A stretch of DNA of 64,000 nucleotides from Mobula hypostoma (GCF_963921235.1 NC_086115.1:39370001-39434000), one strand, 5' to 3'; positions 23,326 to 36,829 are shown, numbered from the stretch's first letter. Numbers and translations: made by a program. The notes: generated by a model not told the origin, from the letters alone.

Positions 23326-26300
23326 ATTGGCTGGAACGTGTATACTCATGAGTGTGATTGCCAAAGCCATTCTACAGCCAGCCGGTGAGCGCACGCAATC
23401 TGCGGCAGATTCCGTGGTTGTGACAAGACCAACCTCCTTAGGCGCAGCTCCCGAGGCACAGACGTCCTGGATGGGAGACTTTTCCAGGATATCATGGGCT
23501 AAATCTGAAGGCCATTCCCATCCCATTCCATGAGATTCTGGACCCTGCCCCACAGCAAGGAGGCGCTGCACAGAATAAGTTAGCGACCCATCCACCAAGC
23601 GGTGAGGAGGGGAAGGCGGGTATGCCTGGAGCCAGCGGGGAGGTAGTCACCAGCTGAAGCTGGGAAACATGGAACAATGGAATCTTCATTGACGATGGTA
23701 GGCACAATCTATATGAAACCTTGTTGATAACCTTCTCCACCACAAATAGTCCCATGTTGCATAAGGCCAACTAACTTAGGAAGTGAGAAATGAAGTGGGC
23801 AGCCTTGAAGAATTCGTCCATAACCACCAGAATGGTAGTGTTTCCATTGGGGGGGGGGGGGCGGTGTAGACCAGAGATAAGATCTACTGAGAGCTGGGAT
23901 TAAGGGCAGGAGGCACATGCTGCAGTTGGAACAGACCTGTAAGGCGCTGATGTGACATCTTGTTCTGAGCACAAATGGGACATGCAGAGATGACATTGTG
24001 GACATCCTGGGACATCGATAGTCACCAATATTGCCTCTTGATACATTCCAGGGCCTGTAGAATTCCTGGATGTACAGATGACAAAGTTCAAAGTGCATTC
24101 ATTATCGATATATACCTATAAACAACTTTGAAATCTGCCCCCTTGCAGGCAGCACAAAACAAAGAAGCCCAAAATAACCCATTTTAAAAAAGAAGTCTCT
24201 CAAACACCAAATGTGCAGAAAAAAGAACAAATCCTGCAAAGAATAAAAGTAACCAAATAACATTCAGAACTGAAGTTCACGAAAGCGAGCCCACAATCAC
24301 GAAGCCAGTCATCATTGCAGCTGATCTAGGAGTCTGTTAGTTGCAGACCACAGCCTTAGTTCAGTGCAGAGATGACTAAACCTCGTGAGCAGTGAGCTGT
24401 TCACTGGCCCATCCTTGTCTCTCGCCCCAACACCCAAATATTTTCAATCTGGTCCAGCACTTAAATTGGCCAAACAGTGGGTCCTTACTTCAATGTGTTT
24501 TTGGGACCAGGCTCCACTGCTTCAAATTGGCTCATACGTGCCATGCGCTTTCGAGACGTCTGTTCTCATCACAAAAATGCCAGGTCCTACAGGCGGTTCA
24601 AAAGTTCAACTTGGAAAGGGAAGTACAGGCTATTGATTTCAGTGATTGTGTTTGAGAAAAAATGTGTTTAATAATGTAGTTAGTAGTTTTGTTTGCTGTC
24701 GGCAAGTCGTCGCTGTGTTTCACCAGCACCATCTTAAAGTGGAAGATCTAAAATCTGAATGTCCAATCAGATGGGAGGAGTCAACCTATTACCACTCTGA
24801 GCTGCAGGGACAAACAGCCAGTTGGGAGGTTCCCCACCTGGGCCTGATCCTAGAGGCCCTTATGTCTGCCTCTATTCCCCAAATCATCGGAGCAGCTATG
24901 CAAGAGCATGGAAGGGTTGGGCTCTGTATGTGCATTGTCCTCAGACATGTGGAACTGCTGGGAGAGAGAGCATTGGCCTTGGTATTCTTGTTGCTGCGAT
25001 GGCAGGTGAAGGTGAAATTAAACTGGGTGAACAAGAGATCTTAACAGGTTGACAGGAGTTGAGTCACTTGGTGCCCTAAACTTAGGAGAGGTTCTTGTGA
25101 TCTATCCAAACCAAAACGGGGTGCTCTGCCCCCTCCAGCCAGAGCTTCCATGGCCTCCTTGACGACCAGAAGTATTTTTGATCTCAGTATTGTGGTTACA
25201 CTCAGCAGCAGTCAAGTGAGAGGAGGGAAAGGCACAGAGGTGCAGCCAGTTATCTGCAGAAGAGCACCGGCAGAACACAGCTCCAATGCCATGCCTGATG
25301 CATCCACCTTGATGGAGAATGGATGGGATGGGTCTGGGTGATGCAGCATCGGAGCATTGGTGAAACGTCACTTTGGTTCCGAGAAGGCTTGATCTGCTTC
25401 ATTTGTCCTGCAGAGGTCTTCTTCATGAGGGCATTTATGGGGGCTGTGATGGAACTGAAGTTTCCGATGAAGTGGAGATAAATTTTGGAAACCCCAAGAA
25501 GCACCTCATCTCTTTGACTATAGGTGGTTTGGGCCACTCTGTGACTGCCTGAACTTTCACTGGTCTATTTGAACACTGAAAGGTGTGAGGACATAACTCT
25601 CAAAACAACACCTGTTCCTTGTGGAGCTCACACTCCTCTGGCTTGGCATAAATATTATTCTCAAGTGGCCATCTAGGAACCTTCTGGACATGTGAAATGT
25701 GTTCCTGGTGAGAATGGGAATAGATCAGAATGTCATCCCAGTGCAAGAAAGCGAACTGATTCAATATGTCCCTGAGCACATCATTGACCAGGGCATGACA
25801 AACAGTGGGTTTGTTGACCAGATCAAAAAAGCATTATGAGATACTCATTGTCACCAGTGGAGGTGTTGAAGGCTGTCTTCCACATGCCCCCCACCTGGAT
25901 ACGAATCAGGTTATAAGCATTGCACAGATCCATCTTGGAAAATATGGTCAACACACACAAAATGCTGGAAAGTATGGTTGCTCGCTGGAGATGTTTGAAC
26001 ACAGAAGCAAGCAGGGGAAGAGGGCAGCAGTTCTTCAGACTGATGTTGTTGAGGAGCCAATAATCATTGCAAAAACAAACCTTGTCATCCCTCCTGCTCA
26101 CAGAAAATAAGCCCACCCTTGCTGATGATGTGGATGGATATATAAACCCTAAGGCCAATGTCCCCTTAATGTACTCTTCCATGGCTATGACATCAGGACA
26201 AGAGAGGGAAAAGTGTCAGCCCGGGGAGGACTAGTATCTGGTAAGAAGTCAATGGCACAGTCATAAGGCTGGTGTGGAGGCAGTGAGATGACCTTTTTAC

Positions 26301-27340
26301 TGAAGACCTCAAGAAGATTTGCATATTCAGCCAGAATGCCAGACAGGTCCATCCTAGCAGTTGACACAGAAGGGGATTTGCGGATAAGGGCTTGAGCTGG
26401 ACCCAGATGGGTAGACAGGCGTCTAGTTCCCACTCTTGCAATGCATTTAGGGACCAGTCAGTCAATGTGTTGTGTTGAGATAACTAGAGAAGGTCAAGCA
26501 TCTGCAGCAGTTCAGGCAAATCAACCAGATAGAAGGAGACAACGAAGGGTCTCGGCCTGAAACATCGACTATACCTCTTCTTAGAGATGCTGCCTGGCCT
26601 GCTTCGTTCACCAGCAACTTTGATGTGTGTTGCAGATAGAAGGAGAGATGTACTCTATGGTTGCCTTATAGCAAAGTTGAGTATATTCTGTGGAAAGTTG
26701 GTTCTGAGAGGCTGACCATCCAGGGCCTCAATTGCTGAGTTGGAACTTTCTATTTCTGAGTTCGAGAGATATCCATGAGGTTCCCAGCTGCCCTGGAGTC
26801 AATAAATGCCTGAAGCTCATGGGTCTAAGATCCCCATGACAAGAAAAATTCTGTCAGAACTCCCCTTCCTGCAGACAGGCATCCTCTTTTACTGGATGTA
26901 TGGGACATGAAGACCAGAGGTGTCATGGATCACCACAACAGAGGCAGGAATCTGTTCTCCTGTTCCGATCTGAGATAAGTACATGTACCCTACCTGTATC
27001 GACTGTGTGATGCGGGAGAGGATACAGAAAAATGGTAATCTAAGGAGTAGGTAGCTCAGGGCATCCTTTCTCGGCGCCTCTCAGTTGTCTGGTTATCAAT
27101 TCAAGTGGCCAAATTAATCAGGTCATACAGGCTGTCCTACTCTTCTTGTACCGCAATCTCAAACCGAATCTCTGCGCTCAGTGTCCGCTGGAAAACAATG
27201 ATGAGGCATCTTTCATTCCACCTCATCTCCACTGTGAGCTTGCGGATTTAACTGCATAGTCCCTCACTGTCCCTCTTCCTTGGTGCAGGTCGAGGAATCA
27301 ATGAGCAATGAGACAATGATCCCTCATCATTGTCTTCCTG
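23326..27340 (-). mobile_element. Decayed Ty3/Gypsy chromovirus (sushi-like): gag, protease, RT, RNase H, partial integrase, chromodomain
   Basis: MEEYIKGTLALGFIYPSTSS..FSKMDLCNAYNLIRI..WKTAFNT (RT); FTQFNFTF..NTKANALS (RNase H end); EKVINKVSYRL..FHVSQL (GPY/F region); YSVQRLL (chromodomain-like). Confidence 0.88.
26540..26632 (+). mobile_element. 93-bp Penelope pseudo-LTR/hammerhead mini-insertion inside the Gypsy
   Basis: 14-bp TSD cagatagaaggaga (26526-26539, 26633-26646); acgaagggtctcggcctgaaacatcgact...gtgtgttg. Confidence 0.88.
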
Positions 27341-27419
27341 ACCCCATAATGGAAGATTAAACACTCTCTTGAACTTGACAACAAGTTGCCAAAAAAATGA
27401 CTTAGTTGCAGGGACTCAC

Positions 27420-28340
27420 CCACTAGGAAACATCCTCTCTACATCCATTCTAGGTAGGCCTTCCAATGTCTAATAGGTTTCAATGAGATCCCTTCCCATT
27501 CTTCTAAACTCTAGCGAATACAGGCCCAGAGCCACAAACACAACTCATACATTAAACCTGGAATCATTCTCATGAATTACCTCTGGATCCTCTCCAATGA
27601 CAGCACATCTTTTCTTGGATAAGGGGCTCAAAACTGCTCACAATATTCCAAGTGTAGTCTGACCTAAGCCTTATAAAGTCTCAGCATTACGTTCTTACTT
27701 TTGTATTCTAGTCCTCTTGAAATGGATACTAACATTACATTTGATTTTTCTTACCATTGACTCAACCTGCGCGTTAGCTTTCAAGGAATCCTGCACAATG
27801 ACTCTTAAGTCTCTTTGCACCTCTGATTTTTGAATTTTTTCCCCCATTAGAAAATAGACTATGTCTTTACTCCTTTTACTAAAGTCCATGACCATACACT
27901 TCCCGACACAATATTCCATCTGTCACTTTTTTGCTCATTTTTCCAGTTTGTCTATGTCCTTCTGCAGACTCCAACTCCCTCAACACCACCTGCCTTTCCA
28001 GCTACCTTGGTATCATCTGCAAACCTGTCCACAAAGCCATCACTTCCGTCATCCAAATAATTGACATATAATGTGAATAGAAGTAGTCCCCACACTGACC
28101 CCTGCAGAACAGCTCTGGCCACCAGCAGCCAACCAGAAAAGGCCCCCTCTATTCCCACTCTTTGCCTCCTGCCAGTCAGCCAATTCATGCTAGTGTCTTT
28201 CCTATAAGACCATGGGCTCTTAATCATGTTAAGCAGCCTCCTGTGTGAAACCTTGTCAAAGGCCTTCTGAGTAATCCAAGAGAAGAACTTCTCCTTTGTG
28301 TATCCTGCTTGTTATTTCCTCAAAGAATTCCAAAAGATTT
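27420..28340 (-). mobile_element. CR1 LINE RT fragments with deletions
   Basis: LQGSVWGLLLFTLYVNYLDDG..FADDTK; EYCVGKCMVM..VQRDL. Confidence 0.85.
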
Positions 28341-28874
28341 CAGTGGGAGCTTGAAAACAAGAGAGCTGAGATCAAGTCTTCATTGAATGTCAAAGCCCAT
28401 CTTTTTGCAGCAGCTGGCCATCAATGCTGGGTATAGCTGTGCTCTGTATCTGAATGCACCATGTTGAAGTGTTGGGAGCTCGTCTTCCAGTGGGATATTG
28501 GCTCCTGGACCACGTTGGGAAAAACGGCACAGTCCAGGGTAAGGTACGCTTACACTTGGTGCACTGGGAGATCATCTTCGTATTACCTGCACAGTATTTT
28601 ACTCTGAACTCTTTTCTACAATTCACTTTTTGGACATGGGTATTGTTGCTAAGGTTACTTTGCCACTCATCATTCCTGATCTAAATGCTGTTCAGTCATT
28701 GCCGAATGTAGGCATAGATTCAGAAGCTAGAATGGAACTGCTCATCGGGCAATCATCAGCAGGCAGCCCTCTTTCAACATGTTGATATTGGAATGGCGAA
28801 GCAGCTAACGATTGACTGATGCAAGGCACCATCCCTATTAACTCCTACAGCCCTCTGCTGAGATTAAACTACTG

Positions 28875-29215
28875 AATATTGAAAGGCCTAGACAGAGTGG
28901 AAATGAAATGGATGATCCCTATAGTGGGAGAGTCGAGGACCAGAAGACACAACCTCAGAGTAGAAGGTTGTCCATTTTGAACAGAGATGAACAGGAATTT
29001 TTTCACCCAGAGGATGGTGAATCTGTGGAATTCATTGCCACAGACAGCTGTGGAGGCCAAGTCATTCTGATATTTAAACTGGAGTTCCATAGTTATTTAA
29101 TTAAGAATGGCATTAACGGTTATGGAGAGAAGGAAGGAGAATAGGGTTGAGAGGGGAAAATAAATCAGCTATGTTTGAATAACAGAGCAGACTCGATGCA
29201 TTGAATGGCCTAATT
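28875..29215 (+). mobile_element. CR1 3' end
   Basis: ggcctagacagagtgg..ctgtggaattcattgcc..gaatggcctaattct tail. Confidence 0.8.
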
Positions 29216-29634
29216 CTTATTTATGTTTTATTGTGTTAATAACCCTTACTAGCTCTTTTTGTTTTTCCTTTTTAAAACTTGGTTTAAAGTTGACTTTTAT
29301 GATTAACTGTTTAAATACCCTCTTACATGACTTCATTAGATAAAGCTCCATTTAAGTTCCTCAAGATCTTTTAATTAAAGGCACAAAAGAAGCAAATTAT
29401 ATTTGCTGTTGTTAATAATACATGCTGAATGTGTTTAAGACATTTCAATGGAAGACTGGATTTGGAAAACTTTTTGATTGGTTCGCCATATAACTTACAA
29501 ATTATTTAATAAGTGATTTTAAATGGATATGTAAGTTCAACTACAGCTAATTGACATAAATGTTTATTGCAATGTAATGACCAAAAATCTTATTGTCTGG
29601 AAAATTGGACTAATAAGAATGGAGATTTAAGACT

Positions 29635-32150
29635 TAGCAGATATTTGATATTTGTAGTAGCAGATAACAGGTATTTGTAGTAAGCACAAGGTTGTGATTG
29701 TGGGAGATTTTAACTTTCCACACATAGACTGGGAAGCCCATACTGTAAAAGGGCTGGATGGTCTGGAGTTTGTAAAATGTGTGCAGGATAGCTTTTTTGC
29801 AGCAATACATAGAGGTACCAACTAGAGAAGGGGCAGTGTTGGATTTGCTGTTAGGGAATGAGATTGGTCAGGTGACGGAGGTATGTGTTGGGGACGACTT
29901 CGGGTCCAGTGATCACATTGCCATTAGTTTCAATATAATTATGGAGAAGGATAGGTCTGGACCCAGGGTTGAGATTTTTGATTGGAGAAAGGCTAACCTT
30001 GAGGAGATGCGAAAGGATTTAGAGGGAGTGGGTTGGGATAAATTGTTTAATGGGAAGGATGTAATAAAGAAATGGAGGTAATTTAAAGGTGAAATTTTGA
30101 GGGTACAGAATCTTTATGTTCCTGTTAGATTGAAGGGAAAGGTTAAAAGTTTGAGAGAGCCATGGTTTTCAAGGGATATTGGAAACTTGGTTCGGAAAAA
30201 GAGAGATATCTACAATTAATATAGGCAGTATAGAGTAACTGAGGTGCTCGAGGAATATAAAGAATGTAAAAAGAATCTTAAGAAAGAAATTAGAAAAGCT
30301 AAAAGAAGATACGAGGTTGCTTTGGCAAGTAAGGTGAAAATAAACCCAAAGGGTTTCTACAGTTATATTAATAGCAAAAGAATAGTGAGGGATAAAATTG
30401 GTCCCTTAGAGAATCAGAGTGGACAGCTATGTGTGGAACCAAAAGAGATGGGGGAGATTTTGAACAATTTCTTTTCTTTGCTATTCATTAAGGAGAAGGA
30501 AATTGAATTGTGTAAGGTAACGGAAACAGGTAGGGAAGTTAAGGAAACTATGATGATTAAAGAAATTGAAGTACTGGTGCTTTTAAGGAATATAAAAGTG
30601 GATAAGTCTCTGGGTCCTGACAGGATATTCCCTAGGACCTTGAGGGTAATTAGTGTAGAAATAGCAGAGGCTCTGACAGAAATATTTCAAATGTCATTAG
30701 AAACGGGGATGGTGCTGGAGGATTGGCGTATTGCTCATGTTGTTTTATTGTTTAAAAAGGGTTCTAAGAGTAAACCTAGCAATTATCGACCTTTGAGTTT
30801 GACATCAGTTGTGGGGAAATTGATGGAAAGTATTCTTAGAGATGATATATATAATCATCTGGATAGACAGGGTCTGATTAGGAACAGTCAACATGGATTT
30901 GTGCGTGAAAGGTCATGTTTGACAAATCTGAGGTTACTAGGAAAGTTGACGAGGGTAAAGCGGTGGATGTTGTCTATATGGACTTCAGTAAGGCCTTTGA
31001 CAAGGTTCCACATGGAAGGTTAGTTAGGAAAGTTCATTCGTTAGGTATTAATATTGAAGTAGTAAAATGGATTCAGCAGTGGCTGGATGGGAGACGCCAG
31101 AGAGTAGTGGTGGATAACTGTTTGTCAGATTGGAGGCCGGTGACTAGTGGTGTGCCTCAGGGATCTGTACTGGGTCCAGTGTTGTTTGTCATATATATTA
31201 ATGATCTGGATGATGGGGTGGTAAATTAGATTAGTAAGTATGCAGATGCTACTAAGATAGGTGGTGTTGTGGATAATGAAGTAGGTTTTCAAAGCTTGCA
31301 GAGAGATTTAGGTCAGTCAGAAGAGTGGGGGGAAAGATGGCAGATGGAGTTTAATGCTGATAAATGTGAGGTGCTGCATTTTGGTAGGACAAATCAAAAT
31401 AGGACATACATGGTAAATGGTAGGGCATTGAAGAATGCAGTAGAACAGAGGGATCTAGGAATCATGGTGCATAGTTCCCTGAAGGTGGAATCTCATGTGG
31501 ATAGGGTGGTGAAGAAAGCTCTTGGTATGCTGGCCTTTATAAATCAGAGCATTGAGTACAGGAGTTGGGATGTAATGTTAAAATTGTACAAGGCATTGGT
31601 AAGGCCAAGTTTGCAGTATTGTGTACAGTTCAGGTCACTGAATTATGGGAAAGATGTCAACAAAATAGAGACAGTACAGAGAAGATTTACTGGAATGTTA
31701 CCTGGATTTCACACCTAATTACAGAGAAAGGTTGAATAAGTTGGGTCTTTATTCTTTGGAGCGTAGGAGGTTGAGGGGGGACTTAATAGAGGTATTTAAA
31801 ATTATGAGGGGGATAGATAGAGTTGATGTGGATAGGCTTTTTCCATTGAGAGTAGGGGAGATTCAAACAAGAGGACATGAGTTGAGAATTAGGGGGCAAA
31901 AGTTTAGTGGTAACATGAGGGGGAACTTCTTTACTCAGAGTGGTAGCTGTGTGGAACGAGCTTCCAGCAGAAGTGGTTGAGGCAGGTTTGATATTGTCAT
32001 TTAAAGTAAAATTGGATAGATATATGGACAGGAAAGGAATGGAGGGTTATGGGCTGAGTGCTGGTTGGTGGGACTAGGTGAGAGTAAGCGTTCGGCATGA
32101 ACTAGAAGAGCCGAGATGGCCTGTTTCCGTGCTGTAATTGTTATATAGTT
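29635..32150 (+). mobile_element. 2.5-kb 5'-truncated CR1 LINE (endonuclease end, RT, 3' tail), relatively young, frameshifted
   Basis: VGDFNFP..LDLLLGNE..SDH; NYRPLSLTSVVGKLME; [11 protein letters not shown]; [10 protein letters not shown]; YAD; ORFs 30244-31980. Confidence 0.95.
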
Positions 32151-32520
32151 ACTTAAGATATTATTGGTGATAAAGTATCGTGACAAAATTTATTAGGTTA
32201 GAAATTCATATAGAAAAGCCGTTCTAACTATATATTTTAAATGTTTATTAAAAATATGAATACACTAACATTTTCATTTTGTATCTTTACCTGTGATTGG
32301 ATTCTTGAAAAGCATTAAAACTTTTAATTCTTCTTCTGACACATGCACACTTATTATTGGAACAAAATTTATTCAACAGATTTTATTGGATCATTACAGA
32401 AATTAAAAATCAGCTAATTTCAAAATGATGGTATTGGTCAAAGTGAGTTACTTCATATCGTGTCTGAAGATGTTACAATATTGTGTGGCTAGTTTTCAAG
32501 TGTTATTATTTGTTTTGCAG

Positions 32521-32691
32521 GATGTATTGGATATTTTGGCAGAAAACTGTGAGTTCAATGAAAGTTATGGCTCCTATGTGACATATTCAAGAGCAACATC
32601 ACTACTAAAATCACTTCCTTATCCAATAAGTGGAATGAATGACCTGGAGCATCTGCCCTGTTTTGGAGAACAGACAAGAACCATAATTGAG
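32521..32691 (+). CDS. DNTT: TdT exon 4 (8-kDa domain), 171 nt: DVLDILAENCEFNESYGSYVTYSRATSLLKSLPYPISGMNDLEHLPCFGEQTRTIIE
   Basis: Acceptor tttgttttgcAG, donor GAG|GTac; lies inside ORF 32425-32772; same length as I recall for mammalian exon 4. Confidence 0.96.
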
Positions 32692-33861
32692 GTACAAAAT
32701 GTTGTAAAGAGTATTACAAGTCATAATATTCATCAAGTTGTATTATACATGCATACTTTGATAATAAAATGAACCTTTGAACCTATAATCCTTTGAACCT
32801 TTGAGCCCTATGCAATAACAGTGATTGAATATTATATATTTCTTCAACACAACCACATAAATTGGAAAGGATTGCATCTTAATTTTTTTCATTTATTAAA
32901 TATATATTTTCCCCTACAAATCTGAGTAAAATGCTGAGCATAAATAATTAAATTAGTATTTCCACAGACCTTTAGTTTGCTGAGAACCTCAACCTTGTTG
33001 TGGTTTGGAGGCTTGCGTGCCTTAATGACTCAGAGAGCTATGTTGGCTGGATTCAGGGCTTTATCTGAATCAGAATCAGAATCACGTGTAATATCACTGG
33101 CATATGTTGTAAAATTTGTCATGCTTTGGCCCATGGCAAACAGGTCAAAGAGTAGAGGCCAGACTAAGAGTGATCCACTGGTTCTCCAGGTTCATGGCTA
33201 ACAACCCTGACTAGTTAAATTAAATTGTTACGGAAACAGCAAAGAAGAATCCTTCTAAGTGTGATAATATTCCTGAGTCTCCACCCAGGACCTACACGGC
33301 TGACAGAAGTGTAAACCAAGAGGAAGCTACTGGCACGATGAAAGAAGCCAGAGATGGGGGAACTTCATTGCTGCCCTAAATGCCAGCAGCATAACGGGCA
33401 GTTTATGTAAGTTAGCTTGAATAACACTCATGTTCAGCCCAGCCTGAACACTAACATATTACTTAACTTTGTAATATACCACATTTATACTCGCCCTTTA
33501 CACAGTACTCTGCAAAAAAAAAAGAAAAGCAGCTGTCAAACTCTTCCCCTATGAGTCCACGTGGCTCTCCTGACATGAATTACCTCAAATCCCCATCCTT
33601 CAGACTGGAGATACGCTGCCAGAGGCAGAGACTCTCACAACGTTTAAGTAGCTAGATGATCACTTGAATTTCCAAGGCACAAAAGGCTACAGATCAAGTG
33701 CAGATTTAATAGGATTAGGAAAGGCGGGTACAGGATAAACTGTGTCGACAGGGTGTGTCAAAGAGCCTATTTCTCTGCTATATGGCTCTCGTTCTATTTG
33801 GAATTACCAGCACAATTTTATGGCTTTCTGTTATTAACATTTATTTCGTGCTTTCACGCAG

Positions 33862-33933
33862 GAAATTCTGGAAGAGGGCTCTTCCTCTAAAGTCCAGAAT
33901 TTGTTGCAGGATGAGAAATACAAAGCAAGAAAG
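33862..33933 (+). CDS. DNTT: TdT exon 5, 72 nt: EILEEGSSSKVQNLLQDEKYKARK
   Basis: Acceptor ctttcacgcAG, donor AAG|GTaaat; aligns to human [24 protein letters not shown]. Confidence 0.93.
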
Positions 33934-34329
33934 GTAAATAACATGCAGTGGATGACAAGAATCTAATTTGTTTATTGTGATTATCGAGATGGCGCAGGGA
34001 CAAATTTTGCGGGACAGTAGCCTTTTAGAGATATCAATAGAATGGAATATCAGCTTAAATGTGTAACACAGGAAATGCTTCCCTGGGTGTCGAATATGTA
34101 AAGGGTGTTGGTGTGCAATCAGGGAAAGTACATCATGAATGGGTGTGGTGTGTAACAGATCGGAAGTGTCACAAATGAGTGGTGCTATCTAAAGGGGGTT
34201 GTAGGCAATGGAGTGTCAAGTTGTTGCCACTGTTTCCAACCACTCTTCCTCCCCTTCCCAACTCCACGTGCCAGCCCCATCCTTTGGTGGAAAAATACCT
34301 TCAATGTTTCCAGTTTCAGTTCACTGCAC

Positions 34330-35740
34330 ATCTAGAATCAGAATCAGATTTATAATCACCACCCTATATGACATTTTTTTGTTATATGCCAACAGGACAA
34401 TGCAAAGACTTAAAATTGCTATGACTAACAAAGTAAATAAATCAATGATTAATAAGGTAGTGTTCATGGATTTTTCAGAAAACTGAAGCTGTTGCTGAAC
34501 CATTGAGTGTGGGTCTTCTGGTTGCTATGCCTCCTACCCAATGGTGGTAATGAGAAGAGTGTATGTTGCAGGAGTTGGGGGTCCATAGCGATGGGTGCCT
34601 CTTGAAGATCTCCTTGAGGATTGTGTCCATGATGATGCTGGCTGAGTTTACAACCTCTTTCGATCTTGTACTTAGTAGCTTTCATACCGGGCTGTGATAT
34701 AAACAGTCAGAATGCCTCCACTGTGCCTCTATAGAAATTTGCTGAAGTCTTTACTGACAAACCAAATCTTAATCTCCTAATAAAGTAGAGCCACTCATGT
34801 GCCTTTTTCATGATTGTATCAATGTGTTGGGTCCAGGATAGACCTTTGGAGATGTTGACACCCAGGGACTTAAATCTGTTCACCCTTTTCACCTCTAACC
34901 CTCTCAATGAGACTGGTGTGTGTACTCCCAACTTCCCCTTCCTGAAGTCCACAATCAATTCTTTGGTGTTGCTAATGTAGAGGGCGAGGTTGTTGTTATG
35001 ATACTGCTCTGCCAGCCATTCTGTCACACCCCTGCACACCTGCTGTTACCTTCTGAGATCTTACTGACAGTGGTTTCAATGCAAATTTATAAATAGCACT
35101 TGAGCTGTCTGTGGCCACATAGACATAAGTATAGAGAGGATAGAGCAGTGGGCTAAGTGTGCATCCTTGAGATGTGCCTGTGTTGTCTGTCGATGCGGAG
35201 GAGATATTATCGCTGACTGTGGTCTCCTAATGGGGAAGCTGAGGATCCTGTTGCAGTGGGAAGTAAAGGGACTTAGATTTAGAAGCTTGGTGATTAGTAT
35301 TGGAAGGATGATGGTGTTGAACGCTGAGTTGTAATTGATAAACAGCAGCTTGACATAGGGTTGCTGTTGCCTAAGTACTCCAAAGTAGAGTGGAGAGCCA
35401 CTGAGCTTGCGAATCCTGTACATCTGTTATCATGGTAGCAAATTGCAACAGGTCTAGATGCTTGCTAAGGCCGGAGTTAATTCTAGCCATCAGCAACCTT
35501 TTGAAGCTCTTCATCATGATAAATGTGAGGGCTGCCGGGCAATTGTCACTGAGGAAGCTCACCCTGCACTCCTTGAGCACAGTTATGATTGATGTCCTTT
35601 TGGAGCAGCTGGGAGCTGCAGACCGCGGCAGTGAGAGGTAGAAGATGTTTTTCAACACTCCAGCCAGTTGGCCAGCACAGATTATTTTTGCCATGTACTC
35701 TGCCGGAAAGCTGCCTGGATTATTAATTTTGGATGATTGC
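34330..35740 (-). mobile_element. Rex1/Babar LINE RT plus 3' UTR
   Basis: YVKLLFINYNSAFNTII; NNLALYISNTKELIVDFRK; (GATTCT)n tail at ~34335. Confidence 0.85.
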
Positions 35741-35761
35741 TTGGTGAGCAAAATTGTAGAG

Positions 35762-36017
35762 CAGTGGTCCCCCACCTCCGGGCTGCAGACCAATACCGGG
35801 CCGCGAAGCATGCAGGGGTGCAGTGGTAGCCAGGTCGCACCCAGCACATCTTTAAGAAAAAAGCCGAAATAAACAAGCTAATTAATTAGGTGGCGTGTTA
35901 GCTTGTTTATTTCGGCTTTTTTCTTAAAGGTGTGCTGGGTGCGTCCCGGCTACCACTGCATCACTGCGTGCTTCGTGGCCCGGTATAGGTCCACGGCTCA
36001 GAGTTTGGGGACCACTG
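35762..36017. mobile_element. 256-bp hAT (Charlie-like) MITE, palindromic along its whole length
   Basis: TIRs CAGTGGTCCCC / GGGGACCACTG; arms pair to a short central loop; left flank ttgtagag fits Charlie NTNTAGAN, right TSD not preserved. Confidence 0.85.
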
Positions 36018-36829
36018 TAGGAAACCACAGTTGCTGCATTGCTGCATTTGTGGAATTGTGAGGGAAGGCGTGAAAACTTGGGTGGAGCTTTGATTCTCAA
36101 TCCCGAGGGATTCCAAGCCTGATCTAAGTAAGATTCCCTTTCTCCCCCAATCTGGGATATGGTGACTATTAGGGTGGGCAATGGCAGAGTGAGAGGATTG
36201 GGTCAGCCTTTAGACAGGTAGAACATAGTCTTGTTGACTTGATGGTAACATGCTGGCTCTCCCTTTCTCACACACCATGCTCCTGGGACACTTAAGTTAA
36301 CAAGGTTTTCAAGGCCTGGGAATCCAGCAGCCACATCAAGTCTGTAAAATGAGCTCAATGGAAACTTACTGACCTCACTGCAAGAGACCAACCCAACTCA
36401 TATGAGTGGACTAACTGCCTGTCCTTTGCCGGAAGTGGGATTGTGATTTGAAGGAAATATTATATCTCTCTTTACATCACTTACCAATCATGGGAGTTAT
36501 GAAGCCCCAGTTTGTGATAATCTTGACCAGTTTGTGATGTGGGCACCTAAATTATATTGAGGTTATCAATTAATATTTATTGTCATTCTAATTAATTGTA
36601 GCTGATTACAAATTAAGGTAATTGATTAATATATAAACTATAGAATTTTTGAAATTAAATTTTGTATAATACCAGGAACTATGCTAACATGAGGATAATA
36701 ATAATTTTTCAGTTCATATAAGCCTGCTGAGAAAGTTTGTGCATTTATTCTTCGGACTTCAATTCTCTGTGATATTTTTATGCATTCATTAATATAACAT
36801 AAGAGTGATGACAATATACTGTTATGTGA

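Noticed and set aside
28360-28870. 76-78 aa ORFs between CR1 fragments
   Set aside because: No motif recognised in any frame; left unassigned.
33225-33415. Open ~45-codon stretch followed by a GTAAGT donor in intron 4
   Set aside because: No polypyrimidine acceptor, an in-frame stop before the donor and no TdT similarity; the LTR-like tgttacgg start has no TSD.
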